Shown: positions 37,520-48,671, counted from the stretch's first letter. The stretch is 64,000 nt of DNA from Promethearchaeati archaeon (GCA_013166775.1 JABLTJ010000001.1:96001-160000); one strand, 5' to 3'. Notes: a model not told the origin generated them from the letters alone. Numbers and translations are program-made.

Positions 37520-39829
37520 ATGAATAAAATGTCAAAAATTGATATTCTTCCTCCATTATTAACTCGAATAGGATTCAATGAAACAGACATTAAAGTATAT
37601 GCTGCTACATTGGGGCTTGGAAAAGTTACAATAGGGGAACTATTGGTCGTAACTGGATTAGATCCTCTTACACTCATTCAATCAGTTAAGAATTTAGAAG
37701 AATTAGGCTTCCTAAAGAAAACTGTTGGAAGAACTCCTGTTTATTTTGGAATACTTCCGTTTCTAAAAGAATACATTGTTGTTGAAAAGGATGCTTTATA
37801 CTCTCTAGATGGAGTAATTAACTCTCTTAAGGCTTCAAAAGAGGAATACAAAGAGAAAAAGGAGAAATTTGGCGGGACACTAGAACTCACAGGTGAAGGA
37901 ACTGTTTTCGATATCCACGTGGTTAGTGGTTTAATCAAGCAGGTAGTTGATTCTCTGTACCAAAATTATTCAGACTACACAGATACAACAGAGATATCGG
38001 CTTCTGAATTTGTTGAAGCAATCCGAGCAGAGGTTGAGGGATATTTAACAAGAATAATGGATCAGCCATTAGTATTTTCTGCACAATTAGAAACCTACAT
38101 TCAAGAGCTCAATGCTTTCATCAAGCAGTTTCATCATACAGCAAATCAACATAGTGAACAGTTGCTAAACTCAATAGATGAGAAGACAAAAGAAACATTC
38201 GACAGTCTGAAGAAAATCATTAGTAACGGTCTTGATGCTCATACTGACAATCATCATGATTTCTTAGATAAGCTTGCACCAGAGATAGATGTGGAGCTTA
38301 AGGAATTAATAGGTAAAATTTCGGAAATCCAAGAATCTTTTTCTGATAATTACAACAAGGTTTGGCAAGAAGCATATTCAGGTTGGATTAATGAATCAAA
38401 GAGGATTGTTGATGCATTATCACAAAATGTGAATAATATTTTCTCTGAGCAAATAAAGCAAACCCAAGAATTACGTAGAAGTGTTGAACAGATAGACAGA
38501 CAAACAAATTTCTTATCCTCAAAAATTGCTGAGGCTATTAATAGCATAGACAGTTCAGCTGTTCTAAAACTAGGAAAGGCTAGAAAACAAATTGAATCAC
38601 CGTTAATAGATGCAAGAGATACAGTTAGAAATTTAGCAAACGATCTTAATGAAAGTGGCTTGCAATTAATTGATCAACATGTTCTAGCACTGAATGAAGT
38701 CAGAGATGACGTTAGATCGAAACTAGATCATTTCCAACTTGATGGTGAAACTACAATAAGAACAAAGAAGAATCAGTTAATAGATGCTACATTAGAAAAA
38801 ATAGATTTGCTTCCAAACGATTTACTAGATTTACTTCAAAATCAAACAGAGGAATATGCTAGATCCGCATATGATTCATGCTCACAGGTAACTCAAGAAT
38901 TGAAACAAACAACAGATGAGCAACTGACAACTATGAAAGAACAAGCAACAAAGGAAGTTAAGATTTATGCGAATGAGCAATTTCAAGTGATAGAAAAGTT
39001 ACAATCAGATGTTATAAAAGAATTAAGCAAATCAAAACAAGATTCTGAAAAAATGGCTTTGGATTTAAAAGAAAAGCTACAATCTTCTGTTACTAGCTTT
39101 AATGAGCAAGTGAATACGAAAAAAGAAGCCTTTGCACAAGAATTAACAGATACGAAACAGAATTTGAAAGATTACAAGGAAGAGAATAAAGATCAAATTA
39201 TCAAGCAAGTTACTGAAGGGGAAGAAATTCAGATTAATACTCTAGTGTCACAAGTTGCTTCTGTAATAAAAGATGTAGATGAAATTTTAGTATCTCAACT
39301 CGATTCTCTAATGGAAAAAGCGATGACATTCTATCAAGTCATTAATACTAGAGAAGATGAGTTAAAACAAATAAATAAATCAGCTTCTACTTATTCCTTC
39401 GATGGTCAACATAACACATCAATAATTGTTGGAGAAGAGGCTATTAAAGCAAGTGTTACGGATATTGCAATGCGTTCGAAGTTTGAGTTGCTTTTAGTAA
39501 CTCCTGATGTCGATGAAGAATTATTAAAAGAAATGATGCAATATACAAAAGCTCAACGAATAACATTAGTATCATCTTTTGATAAAAGTAAACACCAAAC
39601 ACTACTTAGACCTTTGTCAGAAAGATTCACAGGTTTGAAGTTAAAACATTATGCAAAGAAAGATGTTTTCTGTGGAATACTTGATGGTAATCAAGAAGCA
39701 ATTTTCGCATTTCTTTCCACTGATGAAGTTCCAATTGCAGTTAGAACAACGAATGATCTTTTATTACAATTATTCAAAGCTGCAATAAATAGAGATGTTC
39801 TATTTCATTCAAGTGATGTAGAAGTATAA
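37520..39829 (+). CDS. TrmB-like wHTH, ~500 aa coiled coil and TrmB/PLD-like C-terminal domain
   Basis: L..IGFNETDIKVY..L.LG..T.GEL...TG...L...GF...P..Y; long helical middle; IIVGEEAIK...RSKFELLLVTP C-domain. Confidence 0.65.
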   Translation: MNKMSKIDILPPLLTRIGFNETDIKVYAATLGLGKVTIGELLVVTGLDPLTLIQSVKNLEELGFLKKTVGRTPVYFGILPFLKEYIVVEKDALYSLDGVINSLKASKEEYKEKKEKFGGTLELTGEGTVFDIHVVSGLIKQVVDSLYQNYSDYTDTTEISASEFVEAIRAEVEGYLTRIMDQPLVFSAQLETYIQELNAFIKQFHHTANQHSEQLLNSIDEKTKETFDSLKKIISNGLDAHTDNHHDFLDKLAPEIDVELKELIGKISEIQESFSDNYNKVWQEAYSGWINESKRIVDALSQNVNNIFSEQIKQTQELRRSVEQIDRQTNFLSSKIAEAINSIDSSAVLKLGKARKQIESPLIDARDTVRNLANDLNESGLQLIDQHVLALNEVRDDVRSKLDHFQLDGETTIRTKKNQLIDATLEKIDLLPNDLLDLLQNQTEEYARSAYDSCSQVTQELKQTTDEQLTTMKEQATKEVKIYANEQFQVIEKLQSDVIKELSKSKQDSEKMALDLKEKLQSSVTSFNEQVNTKKEAFAQELTDTKQNLKDYKEENKDQIIKQVTEGEEIQINTLVSQVASVIKDVDEILVSQLDSLMEKAMTFYQVINTREDELKQINKSASTYSFDGQHNTSIIVGEEAIKASVTDIAMRSKFELLLVTPDVDEELLKEMMQYTKAQRITLVSSFDKSKHQTLLRPLSERFTGLKLKHYAKKDVFCGILDGNQEAIFAFLSTDEVPIAVRTTNDLLLQLFKAAINRDVLFHSSDVEV

Positions 39830-39901
39830 ATCTACTCACTTCTTTTACACATTTTTAAATAAAGGCAATAGAAACTAGCAAGAAAACGTTTTTTACATTG
39901 A

Positions 39902-40156
39902 TTAATCAACATAAAATTTACAGGATCTCATATCTAAAAGATGTGGAAGTTTTTGAATTAAACCAGCTCTTACTAAAAGTTTTAACCCATGACGAACTGT
40001 TCTTGGTGCTAAACTGCACATCTCGACAATTTCTCTGCTAGTGATTGGACCATTTCCAATAACTATTTTATAAATTGTAATTGCGCTTGGAGGTAAATCT
40101 GATAAAAGCTCTTGTTTTAATTTTGGATTTTCTAGTGCTACTGCCACATATATCAA
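39902..40156 (-). CDS. Small winged-helix DNA-binding protein
   Basis: LPPSA..IY.....GP.T.REI.....LAPRTVR.GLK.L...GLI...P...D.R. Confidence 0.75.
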   Translation of the reverse strand: MIYVAVALENPKLKQELLSDLPPSAITIYKIVIGNGPITSREIVEMCSLAPRTVRHGLKLLVRAGLIQKLPHLLDMRSCKFYVD

Positions 40157-40645
40157 TCCTTTAGGGGTTGTTTAAAAATCAGCACAATCTCTTTTTAAAT
40201 CTATTTGAAATCTACTCAGAAAAAAACAAGTCAAATATTGTTTTATTGGTTATATCTATCACAATTTTAAATCACAAGCATAATATACAAAAAAAACATT
40301 TTCTCCTTTTTTACTTTTTAAAAAATTGCACATATCCCCTTAAATTGGGGAAAACATTAATTTTGGAGCTCATACTAATTACTTGATTTTGGCAAGTTTA
40401 GAAGATAAAAATACAATAAGAATTGATTTTGCCATTTTGATAAGCAGCTTCAAGGACTAAATATAACTGTGAAGATGTAATCTGTGCACCTAAAAGTGAG
40501 TAAGGATTCAAAATAAGAAAACTTCAAATCTAATAAAAAACTGAAATTTAGAGGAAATAAATAACTTTTATTTTATTGCGGTTATTATTCCTTACGGTAA
40601 AATTATGTATTAATAGAGCATAGTTTGTTAGGAAGCAAGCAGATT

Positions 40646-41308
40646 TCATAATAGGGATTTGGATTCTTTAGCTGATAAATGTGCTAAATGTAAAGGAATT
40701 GGTATTTTATATTTAGAAGACATTAATTGCTTTATTATTCTGAAAGAAGACTGGATAGATATTTTGTTTCCTGGTGAGATATAGATTGGGTTCCATTTTT
40801 CATTTGATCTATATTGGATTCCAACATCCCTTTCCTTAATTCTGATGTATTTTGTATTTTTATTTTTCGATGGAAAGTAATTGAAATATCTTAATGGTTT
40901 CTTAGCTACTCCAATTGCTGGTTTATTGGAAAGAACACCAAAGATAGTAGCAGAACCAGCGAAGTATGGATGCGCTATTCCGTGACCATCTATCAAGAAC
41001 AAGTCAGGCATATTACTAAACGCCGGTAGGATTTTAAGAAAGAATGGAACTTCTCTCAGAAACAAGAAAGTTGGAATGTATGGAGAAGTTACATCATCTT
41101 TTAATATTCTTTTTTCGATTATCTCTTTCTTTTCTATATCAAAAATAATACCCGCGACATAACCTTGTTTTCCTTTATACGCAACATCCAATGCTCCAAC
41201 TTTTGAGATTCTCTTCAAACTATCTTTAATTACTGCTTTTTCAGCTAATCTTTTCTGAAATTCTCTTGCTTCTGACAAATTTTCAGGAAAATTAACTTTC
41301 ATATACAC
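40646..41308 (-). CDS. nfi: Endonuclease V
   Basis: ALDVAY, PYIPTFL.LRE, PD..LIDGHGIAHP, IGVAK, P.YISPG, IP.PL..AH. Confidence 0.9.
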   Translation of the reverse strand: MYMKVNFPENLSEAREFQKRLAEKAVIKDSLKRISKVGALDVAYKGKQGYVAGIIFDIEKKEIIEKRILKDDVTSPYIPTFLFLREVPFFLKILPAFSNMPDLFLIDGHGIAHPYFAGSATIFGVLSNKPAIGVAKKPLRYFNYFPSKNKNTKYIRIKERDVGIQYRSNEKWNPIYISPGNKISIQSSFRIIKQLMSSKYKIPIPLHLAHLSAKESKSLL

Positions 41309-41363
41309 TCTCTCTTCAAATAGAATATGAAGATGAAATCATAAAAGATTTTTTCTCCACTTT

Positions 41364-42983
41364 CTAGTCTTCTTGGCAATTTAAAACATCGCAGTATTTT
41401 TCATAGGACGTTATTAAAAATCTTTTATCCAGTTTATGGATTATTTTATCCCATGGTAGATTGTCATCAATTTTATATCGCCAAGTAGCTTCATCAGCGA
41501 ATGATTTATTTTCATTTTTTAGTGCTTTCTTCCAATTTCCTATTGTATTGCCCATTTGTCCTATTTGATGTATGATGGAGAAATAAGTTTGATTGCGTAA
41601 TGATAAAATACGTTGAACTATAGCCCAGTTGGGATCGTATAAAGACAATTCAACATTCTTTAGTTGAAAAATATTCTTTCTATACCACTTCTGTTTATCT
41701 TTTGATTCATTTAAACTGTTCATTCTCGAAAATTGTAAAGGAGTATGTGCTTTTGTAATAAACTGATTCATGGATAAAGATATCTTACCTGTAGGAAAGT
41801 GTTGTTCTCTCATTGTTTTTACAAAGCTGAATGTCTTCTGTTTAACTTCTTCCTTTTCACAAGGGAATCCATATATCATATACATTTTTAATTGTCTGAA
41901 TCCTTTATCCCAAGCTAATTTTGCAGCAGAAAAAATAGTTTCATCTGACATTCTTTTATTTAATGCGTAACGAAGGGTTTCATCGCCTGTTTCAGGAGCT
42001 AAAGCTATAGTTCTTTGTTTTCCTTTCTGAAGAGCTGTGATTAGATTCTCTGTTAAATAATCAGCACGAATGGAAGAGCAAGATACCTCGTAACCTTTGG
42101 AAACTATATATTCAATTAGTTCATCCAATCTACCTGATTGAGCAACTGCACTCCCATAAATAACTACTTTCTCAAAATTATTAACTTCTTCAGATTGATC
42201 TATAATTTTAGTAAGCGATTCAAAACTTCTAGCAGCTCGTGGGAAACGACAATGACCAGTAAAACAAAATAAACATCTTTCTGAACATCCTCTGTCTGTT
42301 TCAAGATAAAATGCTTTACCAAAGATTGGTTCATTCTTGGTCCCTTTGACATTTTCTGGAATTATCTGTTTTATAGGGTAATATGCATCTGAAATGCTTT
42401 TGATTTTCACACTTCTGATTTTTTCACCAAACCATTCTCCCTCTTCGTTGTAATGTAGTCCTAATCCCATAATGCCATTTACTGATGCAATTGATTCACG
42501 TATCTTCTTTTTTGACTTGTTCTCAAAAGCCTGAGATAATTCTACATAAATTGGTTCTATATCACCAAGAAAGAAAACATCAGGCAAGAATAAAACCGGA
42601 AAAGGATTTGCTGTAGGAGATGGTCCTCCCATTATAATAAATGGATCTTTTTCAGTTCTCTTCCTGATATCTGCATTGATTCCTCCCCTATGAAGAAGTT
42701 CTATTGCTGATAGATAATCATGTTCAAATTGACAAGAGATTGCCAAAATATCAAAATCAGAAATCTTTCTTTGACTCTCTAATGAATAAGGAGGAATTCT
42801 ATGATCTAGAGGTTTGAAAATGCGCTCACATAAAAAATTGTCATGCCTATTAAACAAGAAATAAAGTAATTGAACACCTAAACTGGTCATAGCCACTCTG
42901 TATGTATTTGGATAGATTAATCCAATTTTGATTTTACCTGGAGACCAGTCTTTCTTAATAGCATTCTGTTCCTTAATTAGCAT
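41364..42983 (-). CDS. Radical SAM protein with a B12-binding-like N-terminal domain
   Basis: YPNTYRVAMTSLG, ETDRGCSERCLFC, APETG, LKMYMIYG.P.E, K.HTP.Q. Confidence 0.85.
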   Translation of the reverse strand: MLIKEQNAIKKDWSPGKIKIGLIYPNTYRVAMTSLGVQLLYFLFNRHDNFLCERIFKPLDHRIPPYSLESQRKISDFDILAISCQFEHDYLSAIELLHRGGINADIRKRTEKDPFIIMGGPSPTANPFPVLFLPDVFFLGDIEPIYVELSQAFENKSKKKIRESIASVNGIMGLGLHYNEEGEWFGEKIRSVKIKSISDAYYPIKQIIPENVKGTKNEPIFGKAFYLETDRGCSERCLFCFTGHCRFPRAARSFESLTKIIDQSEEVNNFEKVVIYGSAVAQSGRLDELIEYIVSKGYEVSCSSIRADYLTENLITALQKGKQRTIALAPETGDETLRYALNKRMSDETIFSAAKLAWDKGFRQLKMYMIYGFPCEKEEVKQKTFSFVKTMREQHFPTGKISLSMNQFITKAHTPLQFSRMNSLNESKDKQKWYRKNIFQLKNVELSLYDPNWAIVQRILSLRNQTYFSIIHQIGQMGNTIGNWKKALKNENKSFADEATWRYKIDDNLPWDKIIHKLDKRFLITSYEKYCDVLNCQED

Positions 42984-44274
42984 TTTTTCTTTTCCTTCTT
43001 AGAGTATACTTCTGTGAACCAAAATAAATCGATTCCGATGGAATATCTTCATCAACTATTGTCCCTGCACCAATCCAAGAATCACTTCCAATTTTAATTC
43101 CTGGCATTAATAGTGCTCCAATTCCAGTTTCTACTCTTTCCCCTACAATAACTCCCAATTTTCTTCTATTGCTATCCTCTTTATTTCCCTTGATTTTTAC
43201 GGGAATGGTCTTTTTATCCAATCGAAGATTAGCAGTAATCGTTCCTGCTCCAAAATTGCAACTGGGACCAATAATAGAGTCACCAATATAAGATAAATGA
43301 GCTGCATGGGTATTATCTTCAATAATGGAGTTCTTGATTTCGCAACCATTTCCTATTCTTGATTTTTTACCTAAATATGAAAATTTACGAATATAACAAT
43401 TAGGACCAATATCAGCACCTTCGTCTATAAAAACAGGACCTTCAATGTATACACCACTCCTAATTATAACATCTTTTTTAATTATTACTTTACCTTTCAG
43501 AGAGACACCGTCTTCTATCGTCCCCTCTCTTTCCTCATTACAAAATGACAATAAGGTTTCATTTGCATCTAATAAATTCCATGGTCGTCCGATATCAAAC
43601 CAGTAATCATTTTCTTGAAGTTGTACAAGTTGTGAATTGAATTTCTTCGTCTCAAGAAGACTATTTACCGCATCTGGTATCTCGTATTCTCCTCTCGGTG
43701 ATACGGAGTTGTTTTTTTCCATCAGTTCAATAATACTGAAAATTTCATTATTTAGTGAGTAGATTCCTATATTAGCAAATCCTTCCCTAATTTCTTCTTT
43801 CGAAGGTTTTTCAATCATTTTTACGGGAACATTATTTTCATCTGTTAATATTGCACCGTATTTTGCAATTTCCTTTGTAAACTTACCACCAACCGAAACA
43901 ATCCCTTTTTTTGCAGCATCAACAGTTCTCTGAATCAAAGATTCTGAATAGATGCAATCTCCATTTACTGCTATTAAGAACTCCTCTTCGATTTTGCTTC
44001 TAGCAAGTACTAGTGCATTTGCAGTCCCCTTTATTTCTGTTTGGTGAATAAATTCGATATTCAAATTTTGGAATATCTCTCCAATGTAGTCTTTTATTTG
44101 GTCTTCTAGGTAATTGGTTATAATAACAAAATCCTCAATACCGTACTTATTCAACACATCAATAGATCTTTTCAGTATAGGTTCTCCTAACACCTTAAGT
44201 AATGGTTTGGGAGTTGTTTCAGTTAATGGTCTTAACCTTAATCCCTCACCAGCTGCAAGGAGAATCGCCTTCAC
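42973..44274 (-). CDS. glmU: Bifunctional sugar-1-phosphate nucleotidyltransferase/acetyltransferase (archaeal GlmU type)
   Basis: LAAGEG.RLRPLT...PKPL, hexapeptide repeats, HLSYIGDS, GAGTITANLR.D. Confidence 0.88.
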   Translation of the reverse strand: MKAILLAAGEGLRLRPLTETTPKPLLKVLGEPILKRSIDVLNKYGIEDFVIITNYLEDQIKDYIGEIFQNLNIEFIHQTEIKGTANALVLARSKIEEEFLIAVNGDCIYSESLIQRTVDAAKKGIVSVGGKFTKEIAKYGAILTDENNVPVKMIEKPSKEEIREGFANIGIYSLNNEIFSIIELMEKNNSVSPRGEYEIPDAVNSLLETKKFNSQLVQLQENDYWFDIGRPWNLLDANETLLSFCNEEREGTIEDGVSLKGKVIIKKDVIIRSGVYIEGPVFIDEGADIGPNCYIRKFSYLGKKSRIGNGCEIKNSIIEDNTHAAHLSYIGDSIIGPSCNFGAGTITANLRLDKKTIPVKIKGNKEDSNRRKLGVIVGERVETGIGALLMPGIKIGSDSWIGAGTIVDEDIPSESIYFGSQKYTLRRKRKNAN

Positions 44275-44289
44275 TGTTTTTCACCCTTT

Positions 44290-44622
44290 TTAAATCTCAA
44301 AAACTTCTTCAGATTCTTCTGCGGGCTCAACTGCTCGTTCTTTCTTCAATTCGGATATGGTTGTTATGAGATCAAAAGCTTTAGAACTATTGAATAATTC
44401 CTTAAAAGCTTCCCACTGATCTGTGGATGTAATAAATAGACCTTTCTTTTTAACTGGAATTCCATCTTCCTTTACAGGTAAAAGTTCAAGACCAAAATTT
44501 AGGTCTTCACTCTTCGAGGGTAGTTTAACAATAGAAACACCAGTAACGCTTGTACGCATCCTTTCCCAATCACTCATGTCTTTGCCATATTTCTTTAGTC
44601 TTTCAACTAGGTTAGTACTCAT
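44290..44622 (-). CDS. Conserved hypothetical protein
   Basis: 110 aa, M.DWER..TS..GV.I.KLP, upstream of glmU. Confidence 0.6.
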   Translation of the reverse strand: MSTNLVERLKKYGKDMSDWERMRTSVTGVSIVKLPSKSEDLNFGLELLPVKEDGIPVKKKGLFITSTDQWEAFKELFNSSKAFDLITTISELKKERAVEPAEESEEVFEI

Positions 44623-44759
44623 AATTATTCACTGAAAGTTTACAGATAATTTGATTTTTAAACTCTACTCTTAAAGAGGATTAGTTGATTTACAGGAAAT
44701 ATTTTGATTACACATCCAAAGGAATCAGTTTAAAAATTCCTTGTAGAAGCTAGATTAAG

Positions 44760-45983
44760 ATGAAATTCGCAATCGTAGGCGGTAAAATTTATACCGTAAA
44801 TAAAGAAGAAAAAGTTATTGAAGAAGGGACTGTCCTGATTAATAACGGTAAAATTGAAGCTGTAAAGGAAGGGAAAGAAACTCCTGAAGGTTATGAAATA
44901 ATAGATGCTAGCAATAATTCTGTTTTACCTGGTTTTATTGACACTCATACTCATCAAGGGCTTTGGGATGGAACAGTTGGTTGGGCAGGTTTTGATGGAA
45001 ATGAGATGACTGACCCAAATACTGCACAAGTGAGGAGTATAGATGCTATTAATCCTGAAACCCCTGCTCTTGAAGAAGCTAGGATTGGAGGTGTAACTAC
45101 AATTCAGACAGGTCCTGGATCAGGGAATGTCATTGGTGGAACTAATGTTATTATCAAAACTTGGTGCAAAAGTAAAATCATAGATGATTTAATTGTCAAA
45201 GAACCTTCATCTCTTAAGTCTGCTCTTGGAGAAAATCCAAAAAGGGTTTATGGCACGGATAAGAAAATGCCTTCCACTAGAATGGGTACTGGTGCTGTGT
45301 TCCGTCAAGCTTTCATTGATGCACAGAATTATGCTAAAAAATGGGCAGAGTATGAAAGGAAGAAGAAACAAGCTGAAGAAACAGGTGAAATGGATAAGAT
45401 GCCAACAGAGCCCGATAGAGATTTAAACAAAGAAATAATTCTGAAAGTTTTGAAAAATGAAATTCCCTTAAATATGCATTGCCACCAGGCTAACGATATA
45501 GTCACTGCTATTCGTTTTAAAGAGGAATTTGGTTATGATCTTATGTTAGTACATGCTACTGAAGGCCATAAAATAGCTGATTACATTGCAAAGAAAGGTA
45601 TTCCTTGTTCACTCGGACCATCTTTAGTTGGAATGGAAAAAGTTGAATTAAGAAACATAACTTTTGAAACTCCATTTAAACTCTGGAAAGCAGGAGTAAA
45701 AATCTCTATTCAAAGCGATTCTTTTACTCGATTACGTCATTTTCAAATACTCCCATGTATGGCTGTAAAAGACGGATTACCAGTTAATGAAGCTCTAAAA
45801 GCAATTACCATTAATGCAGCTGAGATGATTGGTGTAGGAGATAGATTAGGTAGTCTTGAAGTTGGAAAGGATGCAGATATTGTAATTTGGACAAAACATC
45901 CAATTGATAACTTCTATGCAGAAACCAAAATAGTGTTCATAAATGGTGAGATATCTTATAAGAAGGAAGCAAAAGATAGCTAA
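44760..45983 (+). CDS. Amidohydrolase-family protein (imidazolonepropionase-like)
   Basis: PGFIDTHTH, GGVTT, PGSGNVIGG, K.ALGENPK, H.H, GSLEVGKDAD. Confidence 0.87.
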   Translation: MKFAIVGGKIYTVNKEEKVIEEGTVLINNGKIEAVKEGKETPEGYEIIDASNNSVLPGFIDTHTHQGLWDGTVGWAGFDGNEMTDPNTAQVRSIDAINPETPALEEARIGGVTTIQTGPGSGNVIGGTNVIIKTWCKSKIIDDLIVKEPSSLKSALGENPKRVYGTDKKMPSTRMGTGAVFRQAFIDAQNYAKKWAEYERKKKQAEETGEMDKMPTEPDRDLNKEIILKVLKNEIPLNMHCHQANDIVTAIRFKEEFGYDLMLVHATEGHKIADYIAKKGIPCSLGPSLVGMEKVELRNITFETPFKLWKAGVKISIQSDSFTRLRHFQILPCMAVKDGLPVNEALKAITINAAEMIGVGDRLGSLEVGKDADIVIWTKHPIDNFYAETKIVFINGEISYKKEAKDS

Positions 45984-46010
45984 TTTGAAATTGTATAAAG
46001 CTAAAATAAA

Positions 46011-46367
46011 CTACATTTTTTCATAGTACCCTGGAGCTCTGTGCTCTCCAAAGAACTCCAGTCCTTTTTCTTTTAATTGATTTTTTAATATATTTGCATA
46101 TTCTTCTGTTAAGTCTCCTTTCTTTAACATATACTCAATAATTTCCATTGCTTCTTCCTCAGTTTCACAACGGCAAATAAAATCTACTGCTCCAGGAATA
46201 TAACCTTGAAATTTTCTATATTTTTTAGAACCGGTAACTGTGCGCATTTCACTCTCTGAAATATTTTTTTTTCCTTCCCTCATCTCCCTAGAAAGAACTG
46301 GAAAATGTTCCTCGAATTCTTCCTCTTTAATTTCAGATTCTCTCGATTCTTTCTTTTTTTCTTCCAT
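46011..46367 (-). CDS. DUF2095-like protein
   Basis: FP.L..E, GY.P...DFI.RC.T.EEA.EII.Y....G, FG....GYY. Confidence 0.75.
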   Translation of the reverse strand: MEEKKKESRESEIKEEEFEEHFPVLSREMREGKKNISESEMRTVTGSKKYRKFQGYIPGAVDFICRCETEEEAMEIIEYMLKKGDLTEEYANILKNQLKEKGLEFFGEHRAPGYYEKM

Positions 46368-46473
46368 AATTTAACTGAAGACTAATAACTAAAAAGGATT
46401 GAGTTCTTGTGAATATTTGTTTTATAAAAACAGATTATACAAAAAACCTATATTCCAGTAATCTAGGAAAAAA

Positions 46474-47676
46474 ATGATGCTAATTGGAATTGTAGGTAAA
46501 CCTAGTTGCGGTAAAAGTACTTTTCTTAATGCTCTTACAATGGTTAATGCGAAAGTAGGAGATTATCCTTTTACAACAGTTGAGCCAAATCGTGGTACAG
46601 CTTATGTTCGAAGTTCTTGTGTATGCAAGGAACTTGGTGTTACAGATAATCCCAAAAACTCATTGTGTGAAGATGGAATAAGATTCCTCCCGATTCAAAT
46701 CCTAGATGTCGCTGGATTGGTTCCTGGAGCTTCTGAAGGAAGAGGATTGGGAAATAAATTCTTGGATGATCTTCGACAAGCTGATGTTCTTATACATGTA
46801 GTTGATGCGAGTGGATCATTAGACGCTGAAGGAAATATTGTTGATAAGGGTTCTTGGAATCCACTAGATGATGTAAAATTCTTAGAAGAGGAAATTGATG
46901 CTTGGATTTTAGCAATTATAAAGAGAGATTATGAAACTATGAAAAAGAAAGCATCAGCTGAGAAGCTAAGGTTTTCAAATCTATTACATGAGAAACTAAC
47001 AGGGCTGGCTATAAAAAAGTATCATATTGAAGAATCAATTAGAGAAGTAGGAATGATGGATGACGATGCTTCAACATGGGATGAAAAATTACCAGAGTTA
47101 GTTACGAGCATTAGGAAAAAATCCAAACCAATTATAATTGTAGCAAATAAAATAGATCAACCAGATTCCCATAAGAATTATCTAAATATGAAAGAGAAGA
47201 TATCCTCAGAAGTCTTTCCAATTTCTGCACTTGCTGAGGTTTTTCTAAGAAACGAACAAGAAAATAAAACCATTTCATATTCTTCAGGAGATTCGGATTT
47301 CGAGATACTAAATAAAGAGAAATTAGGAGATAAAAAGGAGTCCTTAATTCAAAAGATAAAGACAGATTTACTCTTGAAATACGGTTCTACTGGTGTTCAA
47401 GAGGTATTAACTCATGTGGTCTTCCATCTTCTAGATATGATTGTTGTTTATCCTGTTGAAGATATAACTAAATTCACTGATAAGTCTGAAAATGTTCTAC
47501 CTGATGCATTTCTTGTTCCTAAAGGAACGACTGCTATAGGGTTAGCTGCAAAGATTCACACAGATTTTGCAAAAAACTTCATTCATGGGCAACTTGCCCC
47601 TTCAGGGAGAAGAATTGGTGCAGACTACGAAGTACAAAACAATGATGTAATTAGAATTGTAGCTGCTGTAAAATAG
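46474..47676 (+). CDS. ychF: YchF/Obg-family translation-associated NTPase with TGS domain
   Basis: GKPSCGKST, YPFTT, DVAGLVPGA, GLGNKFLDDLR, NKID, IHTD. Confidence 0.9.
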   Translation: MMLIGIVGKPSCGKSTFLNALTMVNAKVGDYPFTTVEPNRGTAYVRSSCVCKELGVTDNPKNSLCEDGIRFLPIQILDVAGLVPGASEGRGLGNKFLDDLRQADVLIHVVDASGSLDAEGNIVDKGSWNPLDDVKFLEEEIDAWILAIIKRDYETMKKKASAEKLRFSNLLHEKLTGLAIKKYHIEESIREVGMMDDDASTWDEKLPELVTSIRKKSKPIIIVANKIDQPDSHKNYLNMKEKISSEVFPISALAEVFLRNEQENKTISYSSGDSDFEILNKEKLGDKKESLIQKIKTDLLLKYGSTGVQEVLTHVVFHLLDMIVVYPVEDITKFTDKSENVLPDAFLVPKGTTAIGLAAKIHTDFAKNFIHGQLAPSGRRIGADYEVQNNDVIRIVAAVK

Positions 47677-47711
47677 CTTGTAAATCAAATAAAGTGGTTT
47701 TCTTAAAAAAA

Positions 47712-48341
47712 TTAGGAAACCGCAGTAAATCCCTTAGCATCAGGTAAGATTAATACTTTGCTTTTTCTAACATCTACTAAAACTACAGGATAAATTTTAC
47801 TTACTGCTTTCTTAATTTCTGAAGAAATAGAACCACCTATCATATTCTTAACGAAATCCACAAATTTTTGCTCTTTTGCGATTCCTCTTATGATATCAAT
47901 TATAGTTTCTCTGACGATTTTTTGAGTGCTTGTACCACATCTCATAGGGGTGACTACAATGGATGAAATCCTTAATCTTGCTTTATCTTTTGTAGTTACA
48001 TTTTGAATTGCATCAATCTTTGATCTATTTCTTCTTATTTGAGACCTGATCTGTTCTTTAGCTACTTCATGCCCAACAAATTCAGTTCTACAAACATTAC
48101 CTTCAACTTTAGTAATTTTAAATCTGACTTTTAGATTGATATCATAATACAAATCCTCTACTACGCCCATTTTAGCCATTTCAATAACTCTTCCGAACAA
48201 TTTTTCTGGCTCGCTAGCAGGTGTTTCTCCAAGTGGTTTATCTGTAATGTAGCTTGGGGCAATTACTTCATACCATGATTTTTCTTTCCATTTGTCAACA
48301 ACTTTTCCTTTTGCTTTTCGACTTGGTCTTCGAGATGACAA
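47712..48341 (-). CDS. rps3ae: 30S ribosomal protein S3Ae (eS1)
   Basis: DKWKEKSWY.V.AP, GR..E, T.F.GHE, KIYP...V..RK. Confidence 0.92.
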   Translation of the reverse strand: MSSRRPSRKAKGKVVDKWKEKSWYEVIAPSYITDKPLGETPASEPEKLFGRVIEMAKMGVVEDLYYDINLKVRFKITKVEGNVCRTEFVGHEVAKEQIRSQIRRNRSKIDAIQNVTTKDKARLRISSIVVTPMRCGTSTQKIVRETIIDIIRGIAKEQKFVDFVKNMIGGSISSEIKKAVSKIYPVVLVDVRKSKVLILPDAKGFTAVS

Positions 48342-48413
48342 TAATATAACCTCTATGATGTTGTTCTCTTCTCATTTCTTTTGATTTTAAACATTATGAT
48401 TAATATGTTAATT

Positions 48414-48671
48414 TTAATTATTAACTGATTTATATACTCCTTCGATTGTAGCTACTGTATGTACAATATCATCAATTGTGTGTCTGAGAGAAGATATGCT
48501 TGCTGATGATTGAATTTCGATTATGAGACTATTGCTATCAGTGATTGTTTTTATTTCTGTTTTTTCCCCTAATAATTTATTTTCAGGTTCGAGAGTTTCT
48601 TTAATAATTCTAGCTAGCTCATTATCAAGGCACTCAATTACAAGTTTGATTTTTTTAGATAGAAATGTCAT
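48414..48671 (-). CDS. pcc1: KEOPS complex subunit Pcc1
   Basis: A..I...LEPEN, I.S..ISSLR...DD; conserved S15-DHH-Pcc1-S3Ae synteny. Confidence 0.75.
   Translation of the reverse strand: MTFLSKKIKLVIECLDNELARIIKETLEPENKLLGEKTEIKTITDSNSLIIEIQSSASISSLRHTIDDIVHTVATIEGVYKSVNN

Noticed and set aside
40157-40645. AT-rich ~490 bp intergenic region as a replication origin
   Set aside because: No repeated ORB-like motifs and no adjacent cdc6/orc1; more simply an extended promoter region
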